Source: Eledone cirrhosa (taxonomy: Eukaryota). From it: a stretch of DNA of 64,000 bases. The position numbers and the translations under genes are program-made. Each line of letters starts with the position of its first letter. The first letter of the stretch is position 1. Where the stretch lies: the NCBI GenBank assembly GCA_964016885.1, contig OZ024741.1:308822001-308886000 (forward strand), read 5' to 3'. Positions 13,399-32,804 of this stretch are shown in pieces. The notes beneath the pieces were generated by a model. It saw only the letters and a program-made list of their open reading frames with translations, made no database searches and was not told where the DNA came from.

Positions 13399-13436
13399 CG
13401 AGCTGAAGATCCGCTAAGGTGAAACAATTGTTCTCG
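13399..13436 (+). ncRNA. Minimal type I hammerhead
   Basis: cgag CTGAAGA t-cc gctaa gg-t GAAA caattg TT ctcg; preceded by a snap-back hairpin at 13255-13388. Confidence 0.85.
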
Positions 13437-13557
13437 ATATGGTGAACTAACTGTTGTGTTACCACTTCTACCTAACTCGTCCCATGGACTAAGTGCTCTA
13501 CCACTACGGATATTACCTTCCAGTATTCTACCTCTCTCTCTCTCTCTCTCTCTCTCC

Positions 13558-13605
<48 letters not shown>

Positions 13606-13759
13606 AGACAAAAATACAATTACAGTGTTGTTAGGTTGCTCTCCCTTGGTTGCTGAAAGACTAGTGGTGACTTAATCACCTCTTCTAAAATTCATAGCGA
13701 GACTATAAAATGTTTATTTACATGAACATTTCTTATATGATCCCATTTACAACCCCAGT

Positions 13760-13840
<81 letters not shown>

Positions 13841-14339
13841 GTGTGTGTGTGCGTGCGTGCGTGTGTGTGTGTGTGTATGTGTGTGTTTGTGTGTCTATGT
13901 ATGTGTGTGTGAGTGTGTGTAAATATGTAGCTTAAGTTTATCCTATACCTTCAGTCATTCAGCATAAATATTTATTATTTGTTTAAATAGGTCTCCACAA
14001 CGTCATGATTGATAGGCAAATTAGACTGGCCATTTCAAGTATTGACTATATTCTATGACCTAACATGCCTTGCTATAGCACTAATTCTCTGTACACAGGA
14101 TTGTGAAGGTATTTGTTCTCTGATAAGGATTCCGTAACGCCTGAAGTGCATAAAATTAATCTCTTACGTTTTTCTGTATTTAGAGGAATAGCTGAAAGTT
14201 TTTTTACAGTTCATCGTTTTCACAACCAAAGCTTCTAAATCAATAATGATATTTATATGTGCCTTAGGTTACTTTGATGTTGTATTGTCTTATGCATCTC
14301 CAAAACGTTTTAGGGCACAGTACCTGTATGTCCTGGCTA

Positions 14340-14515
14340 TAATAATTGTTTCTAATTTTGGTACAAGGCCAGCAATTATTCCAGTGCATTACTGGTACTT
14401 TATTTCATGGACCCCGTAAGGATGAAAGGCAAAGTTAACCTCGGCGGGATTTGAACTCAGAATGGCAAGGGCAGTAACTCTATGCTGCAAAGCATGGCGT
14501 CCGACCCTCTATAAT
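14340..14515 (-). mobile_element. tRNA-derived SINE (family 1)
   Basis: Same core as other family 1 copies. Confidence 0.8.
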
Positions 14516-14882
14516 AATACAATCCGTCCTGGCTATAATAATACAATCTCACCCTAACGTATGAAATTATATTTCCATGGGGTAGTTGAAGAAAAGATTA
14601 GATACTTGTATTTTTTTGTCGCTTATGTCAGCTTTTCATGTGCACGTTTGCTAATATTTATGTGTGATTGCGCGTGCGTGCGTGTATATATATTGGTGGA
14701 GTTCTTTGTTGGCGAAAATTCTAGTTATTTGAATTCTACCAACCAATCAGTGTGTTCTTTGCACACCTTCTTCCTCAGTTTTTGGAGGTCAAGTGATTAC
14801 ACGGTATTGCACTGCTAGAATCAGGAAGCTAGTAGATTCGTTAATCTTGTAGATCCTATAGATCGATATGTTATTGTATAGG

Positions 14883-15012
14883 CTCCTTGCTGATGAGTTG
14901 TAATTAGCCCGATTGCGTAACATTCACCGATATTACGCAATCCCCTGCATATAACGCATTTAATAACTGTTATAGGCAGAAGGTTACAATGAAACAGGAT
15001 TCCATCCAGGAG
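14883..15012 (+). ncRNA. Type I hammerhead with four-way-junction stem II (diverged)
   Basis: ctccttg CTGATGA gttgtaatt agccc [gattgcgtaa/ttacgcaatc][ctgcatataac/gttataggcag] ggttacaat GAAA caggattcca TC caggag; stem III closing pair mismatched. Confidence 0.7.
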
Positions 15013-15075
15013 ATCGACCAGTGTAACCAATACCTGAACACTGCCATACAACTCACTAACTAGACCTGAGGAGGC

Positions 15076-15320
<245 letters not shown>

Positions 15321-15377
15321 CTTGAACCGTTAAGGTATCTTTTCTTGGTTATGTCAACATTTATAAAACAAACTTTG

Positions 15378-15438
15378 TATTTTATCTGATGAGGGCGTAC
15401 CAAAGTTTTGGTACCCTTGAAATATATATAATAGAATA
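15378..15438 (+). ncRNA. Type I hammerhead (UAUUUUAU stem I family)
   Basis: tattttat CTGATGA gggc gtacca aagttt tggtac cctt GAAA tatata TA atagaata. Confidence 0.9.
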
Positions 15439-15477
15439 AATATGGTTTTATAAATATAGTTTCCATTTATTTAATAT

Positions 15478-15563
<86 letters not shown>

Positions 15564-15611
15564 ATAAAATAACAGGAGGCTGGACTGCTGTAAATCCTTG
15601 AAAGGTTTATT

Positions 15612-15669
15612 ATACTATGATCATTTCAATGACCGGGTTCAGTATGAATCCGGTGACATCATCAGGTAT
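15612..15669 (-). ncRNA. Type I hammerhead
   Basis: Reverse complement: atac CTGATGA tgtc accggattca tac tgaacccggt catt GAAA tgatca TA gtat; within IR ~15569-15616/15777-15824. Confidence 0.8.
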
Positions 15670-15972
15670 TCAAAATATAACAAAGGAATATAACAGATAA
15701 AATCCATGGGGATGAAAATCAGAGACAAGAGGACGACCGACCATTTAGCAGCTTCTACTTCAGTCGGCCGCTCTCAAGTATAATAAACCTTTTAAGGAAT
15801 TACACCAGTCCAGCCTCCTGTTATCTTATAATAATTAACTCCGTACTCGCACCACCAACTACACAAACGAAGACGGGTGAGTTGCATTACGTTGAGTACT
15901 CTCCATAATATTACATCGAGGTTGACCATACGGAATGACCAGTTCTATCCAGTGGTGAACCAACACACCTAC

Positions 15973-16046
<74 letters not shown>

Positions 16047-16607
16047 GAATAATCGAGTATCGAAAAATCGGCGCACGAGTTCACGATAAACAAAATTCGA
16101 TATGAGTGGCAGAGGGCTCAATAATTCAGATAAATCAGAGCTATAACTATCGTTAAAATACCAACACACATAGATTATGTCTAAAATCAACCATACGACC
16201 GAAAAAATTACGATCTGGAAGATTCGGGTCACTCAGATAAAATATCAATAAATCAATAAATCATATGAATGTAAAAAGCTTACCCGGACCCGCTAGAAAG
16301 ATGGTAAATCTAGCTTCTTGGGTTTCTGTAAATCCTTAAATCGCCCACTATCAGCCCACATAAAAATATATAAGACTTCTAGAGAGCAGCGGACAGGAAT
16401 TACTTTCTCAACGAGCTTTTGTCCGAACGAATAAAAAGGCACAACCCAAGCTTAAAACGCACATCGAATTCAGCAAGGGAGATAACCTCTATATCCGCAA
16501 AAAATATTCGGGAAAATGTGGAAAATCACATATCGAATAAGAGTGCTCAATAGACATGTTAAAATAAACAGGAGCTATTCATCATTTAATAGAATCGACA
16601 AAAAGTG

Positions 16608-16667
<60 letters not shown>

Positions 16668-16685
16668 TTTATATATATATACACG

Positions 16686-16768
<83 letters not shown>

Positions 16769-16780
16769 CAAGAGAGAGAG

Positions 16781-16920
16781 AGAAATGGTTTCTACAGGAC
16801 TAGAACTATTTCATTCGAAGGAAATTATTTCCTTCGAATGAAACAGTTCTAGTCCTGTAGAAGCAATTTCTATATTAAAAATGTATACTCTGTTATGTAT
16901 TGAGAACTTTACTTAATGTG
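16781..16920 (+). mobile_element. Snap-back pLTR fragment of the 33.4-36.9 kb PLE family (3' half of hammerhead duplicated as a palindrome)
   Basis: 16781-16871 is palindromic; right arm matches 36790-36885. Confidence 0.85.
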
Positions 16921-17037
<117 letters not shown>

Positions 17038-17235
17038 ACTTCGTTTTTGAATTGGTTTTGTGAGATTTCTTATCTGAAAACGTGTGTTGAAACAGATATT
17101 GTTATACTTTGGGAGGGTCATGCTGCCAATAAAAACACACGCACCTATTTTGTTTTCACTTCAATTTATTAATTTATTATAAATTTCCAGTTGGTTGGTT
17201 GGTTGGTTCAATAACCGGATGATTGTTTATATATT

Positions 17236-17278
17236 GTCAAACCTCTTTCGTCACACATTCTGTGACCTCCTCAGTGAC
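17236..17278 (-). ncRNA. Type I hammerhead-like motif (GUCACA/UGUGAC stem II family) within repeat 17040-17345
   Basis: Reverse complement: gtca CTGAGGA g gtcaca gaatg tgtgac GAAA gagg TT tgac; the repeat is homologous to 45460-45930. Confidence 0.65.
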
Positions 17279-17860
17279 TGGGTTTTTATTTTGTGTCTCT
17301 CCTTTGTTCTGTCCTACACTATCTTGTTTGTTTGTGTTGACAAAAGAGTATATATGATTATTATATTTATTCATATCCTTACAACATAGCTAGAGCTATG
17401 ATGTTTCAGCAAAGCGAGTTCAATGTTCATTGATCTTCTTCAGAATTCTCTGTGAGAAACTGAATAAATAAAGGTTTATAGATATATACACAACACACAC
17501 GTACTCACGCACACACACACAGACACACGCACACACATTCATGCACAAACACGCACATACACACACACAGCATGAGGATACTGTATCACTGCCACGTAAC
17601 TGAAGCTATTTGTTTGCTAGGAAGAAGACAAAATAAATGTATTATCATGTCCAGTTAGAAAGCAGTTTTACTGTTAAGAGAATTCAATTGGATTAGATTC
17701 AATATCTTTCACTTCACATAGACCAATTCCTCATATCATGGTTCCATTAAACCTTCAAGAGGGGCAGAAGATGTCTGCAGTGTGATTTCTTCAGTCTGAC
17801 ATTTATGAATAAATATAAGAAAGTATGTTAATAGGTACATAGTTATTAACAATATATACA

Positions 17861-17916
<56 letters not shown>

Positions 17917-17987
17917 GATACACACAAATACACAGACACACACAAACACATACCATTCACACGCACACATACACACACATATATATA

Positions 17988-18036
<49 letters not shown>

Positions 18037-18184
18037 CATAAATTCATATATACATTATATATATATATATATATATATATATGCAAACAAACACACATAG
18101 AGACACATATATATATATATATATATATTACATAAATATATATATATATATGTACATATGCACACACACACGCACGCACGCACA

Positions 18185-18293
<109 letters not shown>

Positions 18294-18543
18294 TTATATA
18301 TATATTCAATATATGAAAATTGTATTTAAAAATCTATTATCTCAGTCTGAGATGAAAGCTTAAAGTAAAAAATAATAATAAAACAACTGCAGCAACAAAA
18401 GTCTGGCAGACTTGATTCCTGCCTGAATGAGACAACGGTGATTCCAGTATCTTTTGTGAGAGAGATATATTTTGGTTAAAACAAATATAATAAAAGGATT
18501 AACGGCAATATATACTCACATATACACAGACACATAGACACAG

Positions 18544-18582
<39 letters not shown>

Positions 18583-18744
18583 TATATATATATATATACT
18601 CAGGGGCATGTATTTATCTTTGCGAGTATACGTCTGTCTGTGTGCACTTTAAAGTATTTATATGTTTTAGATAGATATATATATATACATATACACTCAC
18701 AAATATATATATATATATTTATATATATATATACATATACACTC

Positions 18745-18791
<47 letters not shown>

Positions 18792-18843
18792 CAAACATAT
18801 ATATAAGTATATATATATATATAGACATCTACCTATTAAACAT

Positions 18844-18977
<134 letters not shown>

Positions 18978-19489
18978 TGTGTGCGCGCGCGTGTGTGTGC
19001 GTGTGTGTGTGTGTGTGTGTTTTTTGTTTTCTGAAAAAAAGTTACGACTGATAATCTGATGTCTGAATTTCCCCATAATCTTCAATGAAAAGAGAAGCCA
19101 AATATATTCCTATTCTAATCTTCCTTGTTCTCAGTAAGACAAAGTGGCAACAATTCCAGAGATAATGGTTAGAGCCAATCGAGGAATACCAGTTGAAAAA
19201 TAACACTTTCTTAGAGTTTTTTTTTAATATTTTGTTTTATTTATCAACTTCACAGGTATAAGTATATATAGTGATGGGTAAATGTGTTAATGCAAGTGGG
19301 TTTATTATTTTTGTACGTGCCTGTGTATGTGTGTTTATGAGTATGTGTCTGGCTTGTGTTGCTGCGTATTGTACGTTTATTGTCTATGTATGTGCTTATG
19401 AAGCGGTTTTATGTGATTGCAGATAGATATCATATACGCATTGTATAATATCTTGATATTATTACTATTTCTGAAATTATCATTATTAT

Positions 19490-19787
19490 TATAGATTAAT
19501 GTACTGGGTAATTGCTGGCCTTGTGCCAATAGTAGAAACAATTATTATTATAGATTGGCAGCATCGGTAGAGGGTCGGAGGCTATGCTTTGCAGCATAGA
19601 GTTACGGCCCTTTTTGATCTGAGTTCAAATCCCGCCGAGGTTAACTTTGCCTTTCATCCTTACGGGGTCGATGAAATAAAGTACCAGTCACGTACCGGGG
19701 TCGTTTTAATCGACTTTTCCCTCCCCCCAAATTACTGGCCTTGTGCCTATACTAGAAATCATTATTATTATTATTATTATTATTATT
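19490..19787 (+). mobile_element. Tandem SINE family 1 copies ending in (ATT)n
   Basis: tggcagcatcggtagag (A box)..gagttcaaatcc (B box), conserved core, (ATT)n tail. Confidence 0.85.
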
Positions 19788-19999
19788 GGCGACCTACGTA
19801 GGAAATCGTATTATCGTGAACTCCACAGGTTTGTTGTTTTCAGTTGTTTCAAATTGCCAGTTATGGAAAATTTTTGTTGTTAAGTGTTTATAAGTTCACA
19901 TATATTGCTTTCTGAAAAAGACACTCAATAATATTGGGGCATTGAGCCCAAAATTTAAACTTTATTTTATCAAACAAAAATTTCTTTGAAAAAAAAAAC

Positions 20000-20371
20000 A
20001 TGGACGGCATTCAGCTACCCAAAACTGCTGACAGCGTTTCTAACAGACTAACATCTCCCACCACCACCACCACCACCATTGTAAACCTTGCTACGGTTGC
20101 CAACACTGAAAATATAAGTAATAGCAGTGGCAATTATTTACTTTTGTCACATGCTGACATGGATTTCCCGCCATTACCAATGTCTACAGGTTTTAAAGCC
20201 GCCATGCCCACCACCACAATGTCAAAAAGAACAACCAACACCACAGCAACAACTGAAACAAAAAATAAATTATTAACTCGTGATATCGAAATGGATTCTC
20301 CCAAAATCGACTCTTCCACACAGAACGCTACTGACACCACCACCACCACAACTGAAACTAAAAATAATAAT

Positions 20372-20402
<31 letters not shown>

Positions 20403-22009
20403 GCAACAACAGTAACAATAAGAATAACAACAACAACATCAACACCAGCGCAAAACCAAATGTGTCGTTTGCTAAACCCGCAAACAAAAACGAAACGGTT
20501 GAGGTAAGCCAGGAAGAATTGAATGAAACCAAGCGAATGGTAAACAAATATGGCTACAGGGTCAGCCCCCCTCCCCATCTAATACCATGGAGCATCGGCG
20601 CCTATACACCGTATCATATCGCACAGTAAATATTAAAACACGCCGAGTGGAACGGGCATCCGAGTCCCAGATACAAAAAGCTTTGGGACATGTGTGGGCT
20701 CAAAAAACCCACATCAGACGTGGGCAAAAATATGGAACCGTGGACGTGTTCTTTGGAACCCCACAGGAAGCCAGAGATCACTCCATAGACCCATTAAAAA
20801 GTGACGAGTTCACGCTCGTCCCAAGCTATTGTGGTCAGAGGCTGGTAAAGATCAGGGTGAGCCAGGTTCCGCCAGTCATTGAAATTCCCTGGCTAATGGC
20901 TGCCGTCCTCGCCAACAATGAGGCCGACACAAAAATAATTGAGGTGATAAAAGTAAAGCAGGAGAACTGGTCCGTATCTGGGATGGAGCTCCTGGTCCAA
21001 GCGGACCAAAAAAAACAGACAGGAAATTCCAGAGGTGATAGACCTCAATGACGGCAGCCACCTCACCGTAATCGTTGAGGGTAGAAGGCCTAGGTGTGTC
21101 GTTTGGGGCGAAGGAACCCACCTAAAGGCTTTCTGCCCTCAGGCTAAAAAGTTGAGGCCACCTCTCCTGCCCACCCCAGTGACTCAACCATCAAAACCAG
21201 CAGCAGAAATGGCAGCAACAACTGTAGCAACAACAACAGAAGCAACTGTAGCAGCAACAACAGCAGCAACAGTAGCAAAACCAACACCACCACCACCCAC
21301 CGCGCCAGAATTAGCACCAGCGCCTCCACCATCCACCACGCCACAACCAAAACCAACACCTGTGGGGGATTTTCCACTCCCCGACCTGTCACAACTGGAG
21401 ACAGACTGTGACGACGAGGAGGAGTGGCAAACTGTATCTGGAAAAAAGAAAAAAAAAAGAAGCCAGAAAAGAAAAAAATCCCCTTCCTTCGCCCTCCAAA
21501 AACAAAATGCAGGGCGAAACAAACAAACAAACAAAAAAGTTAAGACAGCTATGTCACCACCCACACTAGCATCACCAGCCTCATCACCACAAACACCAAC
21601 ACCCTCACCATCATTAACCCCAACACCACCATCACCAACACCACAAAAATCACCAACAAGCGAAACAGAAACAAACCCACAACAAACGCAAACAAAACAA
21701 AGCAACCAAAACGATACACACTATACAGCATTAGATTTGAACAACAACCAATTATTACACAACATCCAACACAACACCACATCACAGAAAAAGACTATAC
21801 AACACCCCAAAATTCACACCACCCCACCCATACAAATCACTCGCATCACACAGAAAACGTACACGACGCTAAAATTAAAATTCCCCAAGGACATCGGAGA
21901 CTTCCGACAAACACTCTCTAGGAGGATTTATAAAGACATCCTTCCAGAAGGGGCCACAAACAGTGAGAAGGACGGAAAAACCATCCTTCCTCCACAAGAA
22001 GTGAGGTAA
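20000..22009 (+). pseudogene. LINE ORF1 (three frames), with degenerate CCHC zinc knuckle
   Basis: ATG at 20000; VIVEGRRPRCVVWGEGTHLKAFC resembles CX2CX4HX4C; Pro/Thr-rich tail with basic cluster. Confidence 0.75.
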
Positions 22010-22059
22010 GTGGTCTTTCCCATCTTTTCCCACACCTTTTCAACATAACCTTACACAGA

Positions 22060-25000
22060 ATAGGCAGCATAAATGCGCGTGGCCTGGGGTCGTCATGGAA
22101 GCAGGGCCGCCTGCTCAATAACCTCAGGTCACTAAATATAGATGTGGTGTCCATCAGCGAGACCAGAATCTCCGAAGCACGAGCCTTCGCACCGATCTTC
22201 AGCGGCTACGATGTATACGCATCTCCCAGTCGTCCAGGATCGGGGGGGGGGGCAGTGCTTTTTCGGAGAAGCTTGGATCTCACCATATGGGCCATCTTCC
22301 TGGACCCAGAAGGTAAGTCGGTGGTGCTGGACGTGACTGGCAGCGAGGGCAATGCTTTCAGGCTAGTAGCCGTCTACGCCCCAACAGGGGCAGGACGGCC
22401 AGATTTCTTCAGACAACTAGAGACCTTTCTTGGAACGTCCCGCTCTTTAGTGTTAGTGGGCGACTGGAACGGTATCTTAGATGCACGCTGGAATTATGTG
22501 GATCTAGTAGACAGGGCAGGAGGGTGTAAAAGCTTCAACAACCTGCTCAGACGTTTTGAACTGTCTGACAGGTATAGACTGGATTATCCTAATGTGCCAA
22601 TGTGGACATGGGCAAACCGCATCGGGTCATCCAGATCGTATTTAGATAGAGTATTCTGTAGGGAAACAGATAAGGCTAGTGTAGGTTGTCCACAATTGAA
22701 AGTAGTCGACTACACGGACCACACATTTGTGATCTGTGAAGTTGACTTAGATAGGCTCCATAGGCAAGGGCCCGGCTATTGGAAGCTGAACGCGTCGTTC
22801 TCGGCGCACAAAGCTTACAGAGACCGGATTAGCGAATTAGTTAAGCGTGCGTTGACGGGTGCGATCGTCAGTAGAATCGATAAGGTTTGGCAAAGGAGTA
22901 GTGATAGAGGAAAATAGAGTAAAGGGATAGTTAGTTAGAAAGCTAGAAGAGGCGTTTAGGACAGGCATCGCAACCGACGTGCGTGCGGCGAGATTGGCAC
23001 TCGACCAATTCTTCAACGCAAAACATGACGTTTGCGTTGTCAGAGCTAGAGCGCGTGCTCTAAGACACGAAGGGACGAAAGCCGTTCAATGGGCCCGGGT
23101 GGTGGAGGCACGATGTGGCAACAAGTCCACAATTCGGTCTTTGCCTGATCAAAACGGGCGCATGCTGCTCGAACTCGAACAGATGTATGCGGCTTTTCAA
23201 CAGCACTTTGCTCAATTGTTCGGGAGCGGCGGCGGGCCGGATCGGAGTATGGACTTCGGTGCATACCTCGACGGACTGCCGTGGCTCTCGACGACCGCAG
23301 CGCAGTACTGCGAAAAGCCGATAACAGCCAATGAAATACTGGAAGCGATGTCTGACTGCACGAGGGGTAAATCGCCAGGTTTGGATGGTCTACTCTACGA
23401 GCTTTATGCGTATATGCCATACTTGTTCGACGACCACTTGGCAGATGTCTACAGTAATTGGCAGCAAAACGGGAACATTCCCAGCTTTGTGAGCCAGGGA
23501 GTGGTGGCGCTGCTGAGAAAAGACCCGAACAAGGGGGACTTAAGATTTTGGCCAAGGTGTTAGCAAAGAGACTGGCGCTTGTCGTCGGTGATCTGTTGGG
23601 AGAGGCGCAGACATTCGCCCGTTCGGACGGATCAATCCACGACAACCTCCATCTCATGCGATACATCATAGAGAGGGTGGTTAAGGAACTCGGCACGGGT
23701 GGGGCCCTGATCAACTTGGATCAATCTAAAACATTTGATAGGGTCGACCATCGGTACCTGGCTGCGGTCCTCGAGGTGGCCGGCTTCGGGCCCGTTTTTA
23801 GGGGCTGGATCGCTGCGATGCACAGCGACATCTGCTCGATTGTGAGGGTGAATGGTCACCTGTCGCAGCCTTTCAGCATCATGCGCTCGGTCCGCCAGGG
23901 TTGCCCCCTCTCGTCCCTCTTGTACGTACTGGCCCTCGAGCCGTTACTTCACAAATTGGAGACGATGAGAAGGATCCCACACGAACTGGGATGCGGGAGA
24001 TCCGTGTCAGCTTACGCCGACGACGTCACCGTGGTGGTGTCGAGCACCAAACACGTCAAGATGCTCGGCACCTCTTTCAAGGAATACGAGGTGACAGGAG
24101 CAAAGAAAAACCAGGAAAAGTCGGTGGGCTTGCAACTCGGCACCTGGAGAGGCAAGTCCATGTCGTCCGACAGCGTCGTGGGCGATGGACGGAAGGACCG
24201 GTTAAATTGCTCGGAGTCTGGTTCGGTCCGGACCTCCAGATGGAGAAAAACTGGAACGAGGTGACGAGCAGGGTGACCTCTCTCACCCAGAAATGGGCCG
24301 AGAGGAGGCTGTCTCTGAAAGGTCGGGCGGAGGTGCCGAATGCGTACATAGCGTCCGTCATCTGCTACCGCCTGACCGTCGTACCTTGCCCCCGCCCAAC
24401 TTTGACCAAAATGGAGCACCTGCTCTTCCGCTTTTTGTGGATGGGACGTGCTCCTAGGGTCAGACGATCCATTTGCTGTCAACACCCGTTGCGTGGAGGA
24501 CTAGGCATGCCGTCGCTGATGATGCGCAAACATGCGCCGAGGCTGCGATATCTCTGGTGCTTCCTTGACGGTGAACAGGTGTGGTCGCCGTTTGCCAGAC
24601 GCGTTTTTCCTCAGCTCGTCTCCTTGACGGGGCTGCAGTCCTCGATCAGGAAAAGACCCAGGGATAGTGCTTGGAAGCTGGAATGTCTCCAAGCGCTCAC
24701 CGCCCTCTACCAGCTGGGCACTAGTATCGGAAGAACATCCACCTTGGCGTTCTATAGAGGGCTAGTGGAGGGAAAGAGCGACGACATTCTCGGAGAGACC
24801 CTGGGCGTCGAAGATGATCCTCTGTTCGCTCTCTCTTCAAGAGAACTTTCAGACCGGGGCCTATGGACAACTTCCAGAAATCCTTGGCCTGGCAGTGCTA
24901 CCGGGGAACGTTGCCGGTTCGGGATAAGCTCTACAGGCACGAAGGTGCTGTCAGCCGAGATGCGTGCAGGGCGACGAAACCGTGCTGCACGCACTCGTTC

Positions 25001-25370
25001 AGAGCCCGGGGATTGCTGACTGTGGAGCTATGTCGAACAGCTGTTGTCGCGTGTAGGACGGATCCGGCTATCGACTGAGTCCATTGTGCAGATAGCCCCG
25101 CCATCCTCCTTTAAAGAGGTGGAAGGGCAGGCAGTTTTCATCTGCCTGGTGGCCATGGCGAAAGAGATTGCGTGGTAGACAAGGTTGAAAGGGCTGAAGA
25201 CGGACACTTTCCTCTTCGGCCAATCCCTGATTAACGTTTTCAAGTTTCACTTGAAGAGGAAAATCAGGGTGGAGAGGCAAGTGCTGTCTTCTAGTAAGTT
25301 TGTTGAAAGGTGGGTGAATGTAGCGAGTCTGGTCTGAGTGAACGGGCCCGCTCTGAGTATGCGCCTGTAG
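22060..25370 (+). pseudogene. LINE ORF2: apurinic-type endonuclease + reverse transcriptase, frameshifted
   Basis: SINARGL, SET, VYAP, GDWN, SYLDR, TDH, YWKLN; KSPGLDGL, LDQSKTFDRVDH, QGCPLS, YADD, GGLGMP. Confidence 0.92.
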
Positions 25371-25680
25371 ACTGAGGAGTGGGAAAACTGAGAGAGGGCG
25401 CTTGTCCTGGTGGTCAGGGTGACCGGGGTCTTTTGTGTGGTTTTCGCCACGAGTGACCTTCGGAGTTTTCCCCCTTTTTGGGGAATTTTTGTTGTTTGAA
25501 TTTTTTTGATTTCTAGCCCAATTTTGTTATAACCTGTTTACACGACCAAAACCCAATTTGTATCGTCCTGTACTGTTCTGTGCCGTCTCTAATGTTTTTC
25601 TTCATGTTGGCCCTTGTGGCCAATAAAGAAACCATTAAATCATTATTATTATTATTAATAATATTATTATTATTATTATT

Positions 25681-26192
25681 GAGGGGGGTGAATTGGCAGT
25701 ATTGGCAGAGAGTCGGACACCATGCTTTGTAGCATAGAGTTACGGCCCTTTATGATCTGAGTTCACATCCCGCCGAGGTTAACTTTGCCTTTCATCCTTA
25801 CGGGGTCGATAAAATAAAGTACCAGTAATGCACTGGGATAATTGCTGGCCTTGTACCAAAAGTAGAAACAATTATTATTATTATTGATAAAATAAAGCAC
25901 CAGTTACGCACTGGGATCGATTTAATCGACTTCTCCTCCCACCAAATTGCTGACATTGTGCCTATATAAGAAACCATTATTATTTTGATATCTCAGAACG
26001 GGGGGGTGGATTGGCAGTATCGGTAGAGGGTCGGACGCCATGCTTTCCAGCATAGTTACGTCCCTTTACGATCTGAGTTCAAATCCCGCCGAGGTTGACT
26101 TTGCCTTTCATCCTTACGGGGTCGATAAAATAAAGTACCAGTAATGAACTGGGTATTTGCTGGCTTTGTGCCTAAAGTAGAAACAATTATTT
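25681..26192 (+). mobile_element. Array of about three SINE family 1 copies
   Basis: Repeated heads and cores separated by (ATT)n. Confidence 0.85.
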
Positions 26193-26219
26193 TGATATCT
26201 CAGTCATTGTTGTTATTTA

Positions 26220-28045
26220 ACCGGAAAGTTTGCCCTAATAAACTTCAAGCCCCAAATATTCTGGACTTATCGGAGGGTCATTGCTGTTCCTAGTAGGCAT
26301 GCCTTCTGGAGTGTTCGAAAAAAAGGGGGCAGGCTAATGTTCTTTAACCAGCCTTGGAAGCTCTTCGAGATAGTGTTCCTATGACGATGAGGACGTCATT
26401 GATCTCATGACAGTTCCAAATCTTTTTCAGTTCCCACTTTAGATCATGGTACCAGTTAATTTTCTTCTCATTTTCTTGCATTCTTGTGTCAAAGAGACAG
26501 GCTACATCTATAATCAAGCAAGATCTTTTTTTCTTGTCAAAATTTAGCTCAGGCCTATTGAGTTGTAATTCTTTATCCGTTTGTATCCTGAAATCCCACA
26601 ACACCTTCACCTGATTGTTTTCTATCACTGACTCTGGTTTATGCTCATACCATTTCTCAGAATGAGGTAATTTGTTCAGCTTGCATAAATGCCAGTGAAT
26701 CACCTTTTCTATCATATCATGCCTCCATCCTTTATAGTGAGTCTGGGCTAGGTGTTTACACTCGGATACGATGTGAGCCACAGTTTCCCCTCTCTCTCTC
26801 TCCGCAGATTCTACAAAGTGGGCTAGCCTCCTCCTTGTCAATGTGGTGTTTAATCTACTTCGTTCTAAAGGATTGCTCCTGTGCAGCCAGTAGCATTCCC
26901 TCTATGGCTTTCTTAAGATTCCCTTACTTTAACAAGTTCCATGTCTGCGGATCTCAGAATTCTGTTTTCTTTAAAAAGATGCTATGAAGAGCCTTTTTAT
27001 TCAGGTTGTTCTTCCTCTTTGTTGTTACTTCTTTCTAGGACATCCCATGGAATATTGTCTCCTTCTTCAATACAGCCTTAAGTATTGGCTCATTACTCTT
27101 AGACACATATTTGTTTAGACAACTCTCATCCATCTGAACACAGTTCTCCACGCTGATTAGACCTCTTCCACATTCAGATTTCCTTAAGTACAGTCTATCA
27201 ACATCATATCATCCTTATTCTGAAGCATACTGTAAGTAGTCATTAATGTCCTTGTCGTTCTATCCAGTTCTTTTTGCTCGTTTACATTCCATATAAGAAT
27301 TCCCGCATTGTACCTAATAATAAATTCAGCTTGGGAATTTACCCTACTAATGGCATTTCTACGATTCAGATATGATTTTAATGTGTTCCTTACTCTCCTT
27401 ATGTTTTCAGATCTTATCATCCCCTTCATTCTATTGTCCTTGATGTTATCTGCCTCCAGAACACTCAAATACCTCTCACCCTCTTCGGTGTCGATTTCCT
27501 TTATTATCCCGATTCCTTTGCTTCCCTTCAATTTACCTCACTTCATCACTAACACTTCACACTTATTAACACCAAATTCTATACATATTTCGTTGCTAAA
27601 ATACGGACAGTGTCAACAAGTACATTCAACACCTCACTCTCCCCGAAGAATTTTAGGTCGTCCCTAATTAAGAGGTGGTTTATGGTAAGATCTCTTCTTC
27701 CCAATTCGTATCCTGCCTTCACTCTTCGTAATACGTAGGACAAGGGTATGAGGGTAAAGTCAAACAATGAAGGGGAGATACTTTCTCCTTGGAAGTTACT
27801 TCTCTTGATTTTCACTCCTCTCAAGGATTCTCTGATACTAGCTCTGTCTCCCATGTCTTCATGCTATTACTTAATAGGAGGTGGATGTTGTCTGCCACCT
27901 TGAAGATTTCCAGACACTTGGTTATCCAAGAATGAGGAACCATGTCGAAAGCCTTGTAATCTATCCATCCCATGGCAAGACCAGTATGCCTCCTTTTGCA
28001 GTTCCTTATTATCATCTTGTCAAAAAGTAACTAGTCTTTTGTAGC
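26220..28045 (-). mobile_element. R4/Dong/NeSL-type (restriction-like endonuclease) LINE fragment
   Basis: WIDYKAFDMVPHSW, FQGESISP, INHLL..DDLK (RT); HIVSEC..RHD, WDFRIQTD..NRP, IIDVA, K..WY.DL (RLE). Confidence 0.85.
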
Positions 28046-32800
<4,755 letters not shown>

Positions 32801-32804
32801 ATTA

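Larger units (their letters stand above)
19788..25636 (+). mobile_element. Near-full-length Tx1/L1-clade LINE, frameshifted
   Basis: 5' UTR, ORF1, APE-RT ORF2, 3' UTR with AATAAA at 25622; both flanks carry aaatc(att)n (probable target-site duplication). Confidence 0.9.

Noticed and set aside
14136-14318. Possible decayed long-stem-II hammerhead (gcc tgaag tgcataa..ttatgca..aaaacgtttta gggc)
   Set aside because: Both core halves are mutated; not supportable.
17392-17450. Minus-strand CTGAAGA..GAAA
   Set aside because: Stems I and III do not pair convincingly.
19555-19640. tRNA-like A and B boxes
   Set aside because: SINE heads followed by the SINE core; no full cloverleaf, so not tRNA genes.
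23046-25450. Antisense ORFs over LINE ORF2 (and over the PLE at 34718-36612)
   Set aside because: Shadow ORFs of retroelement coding sequence.
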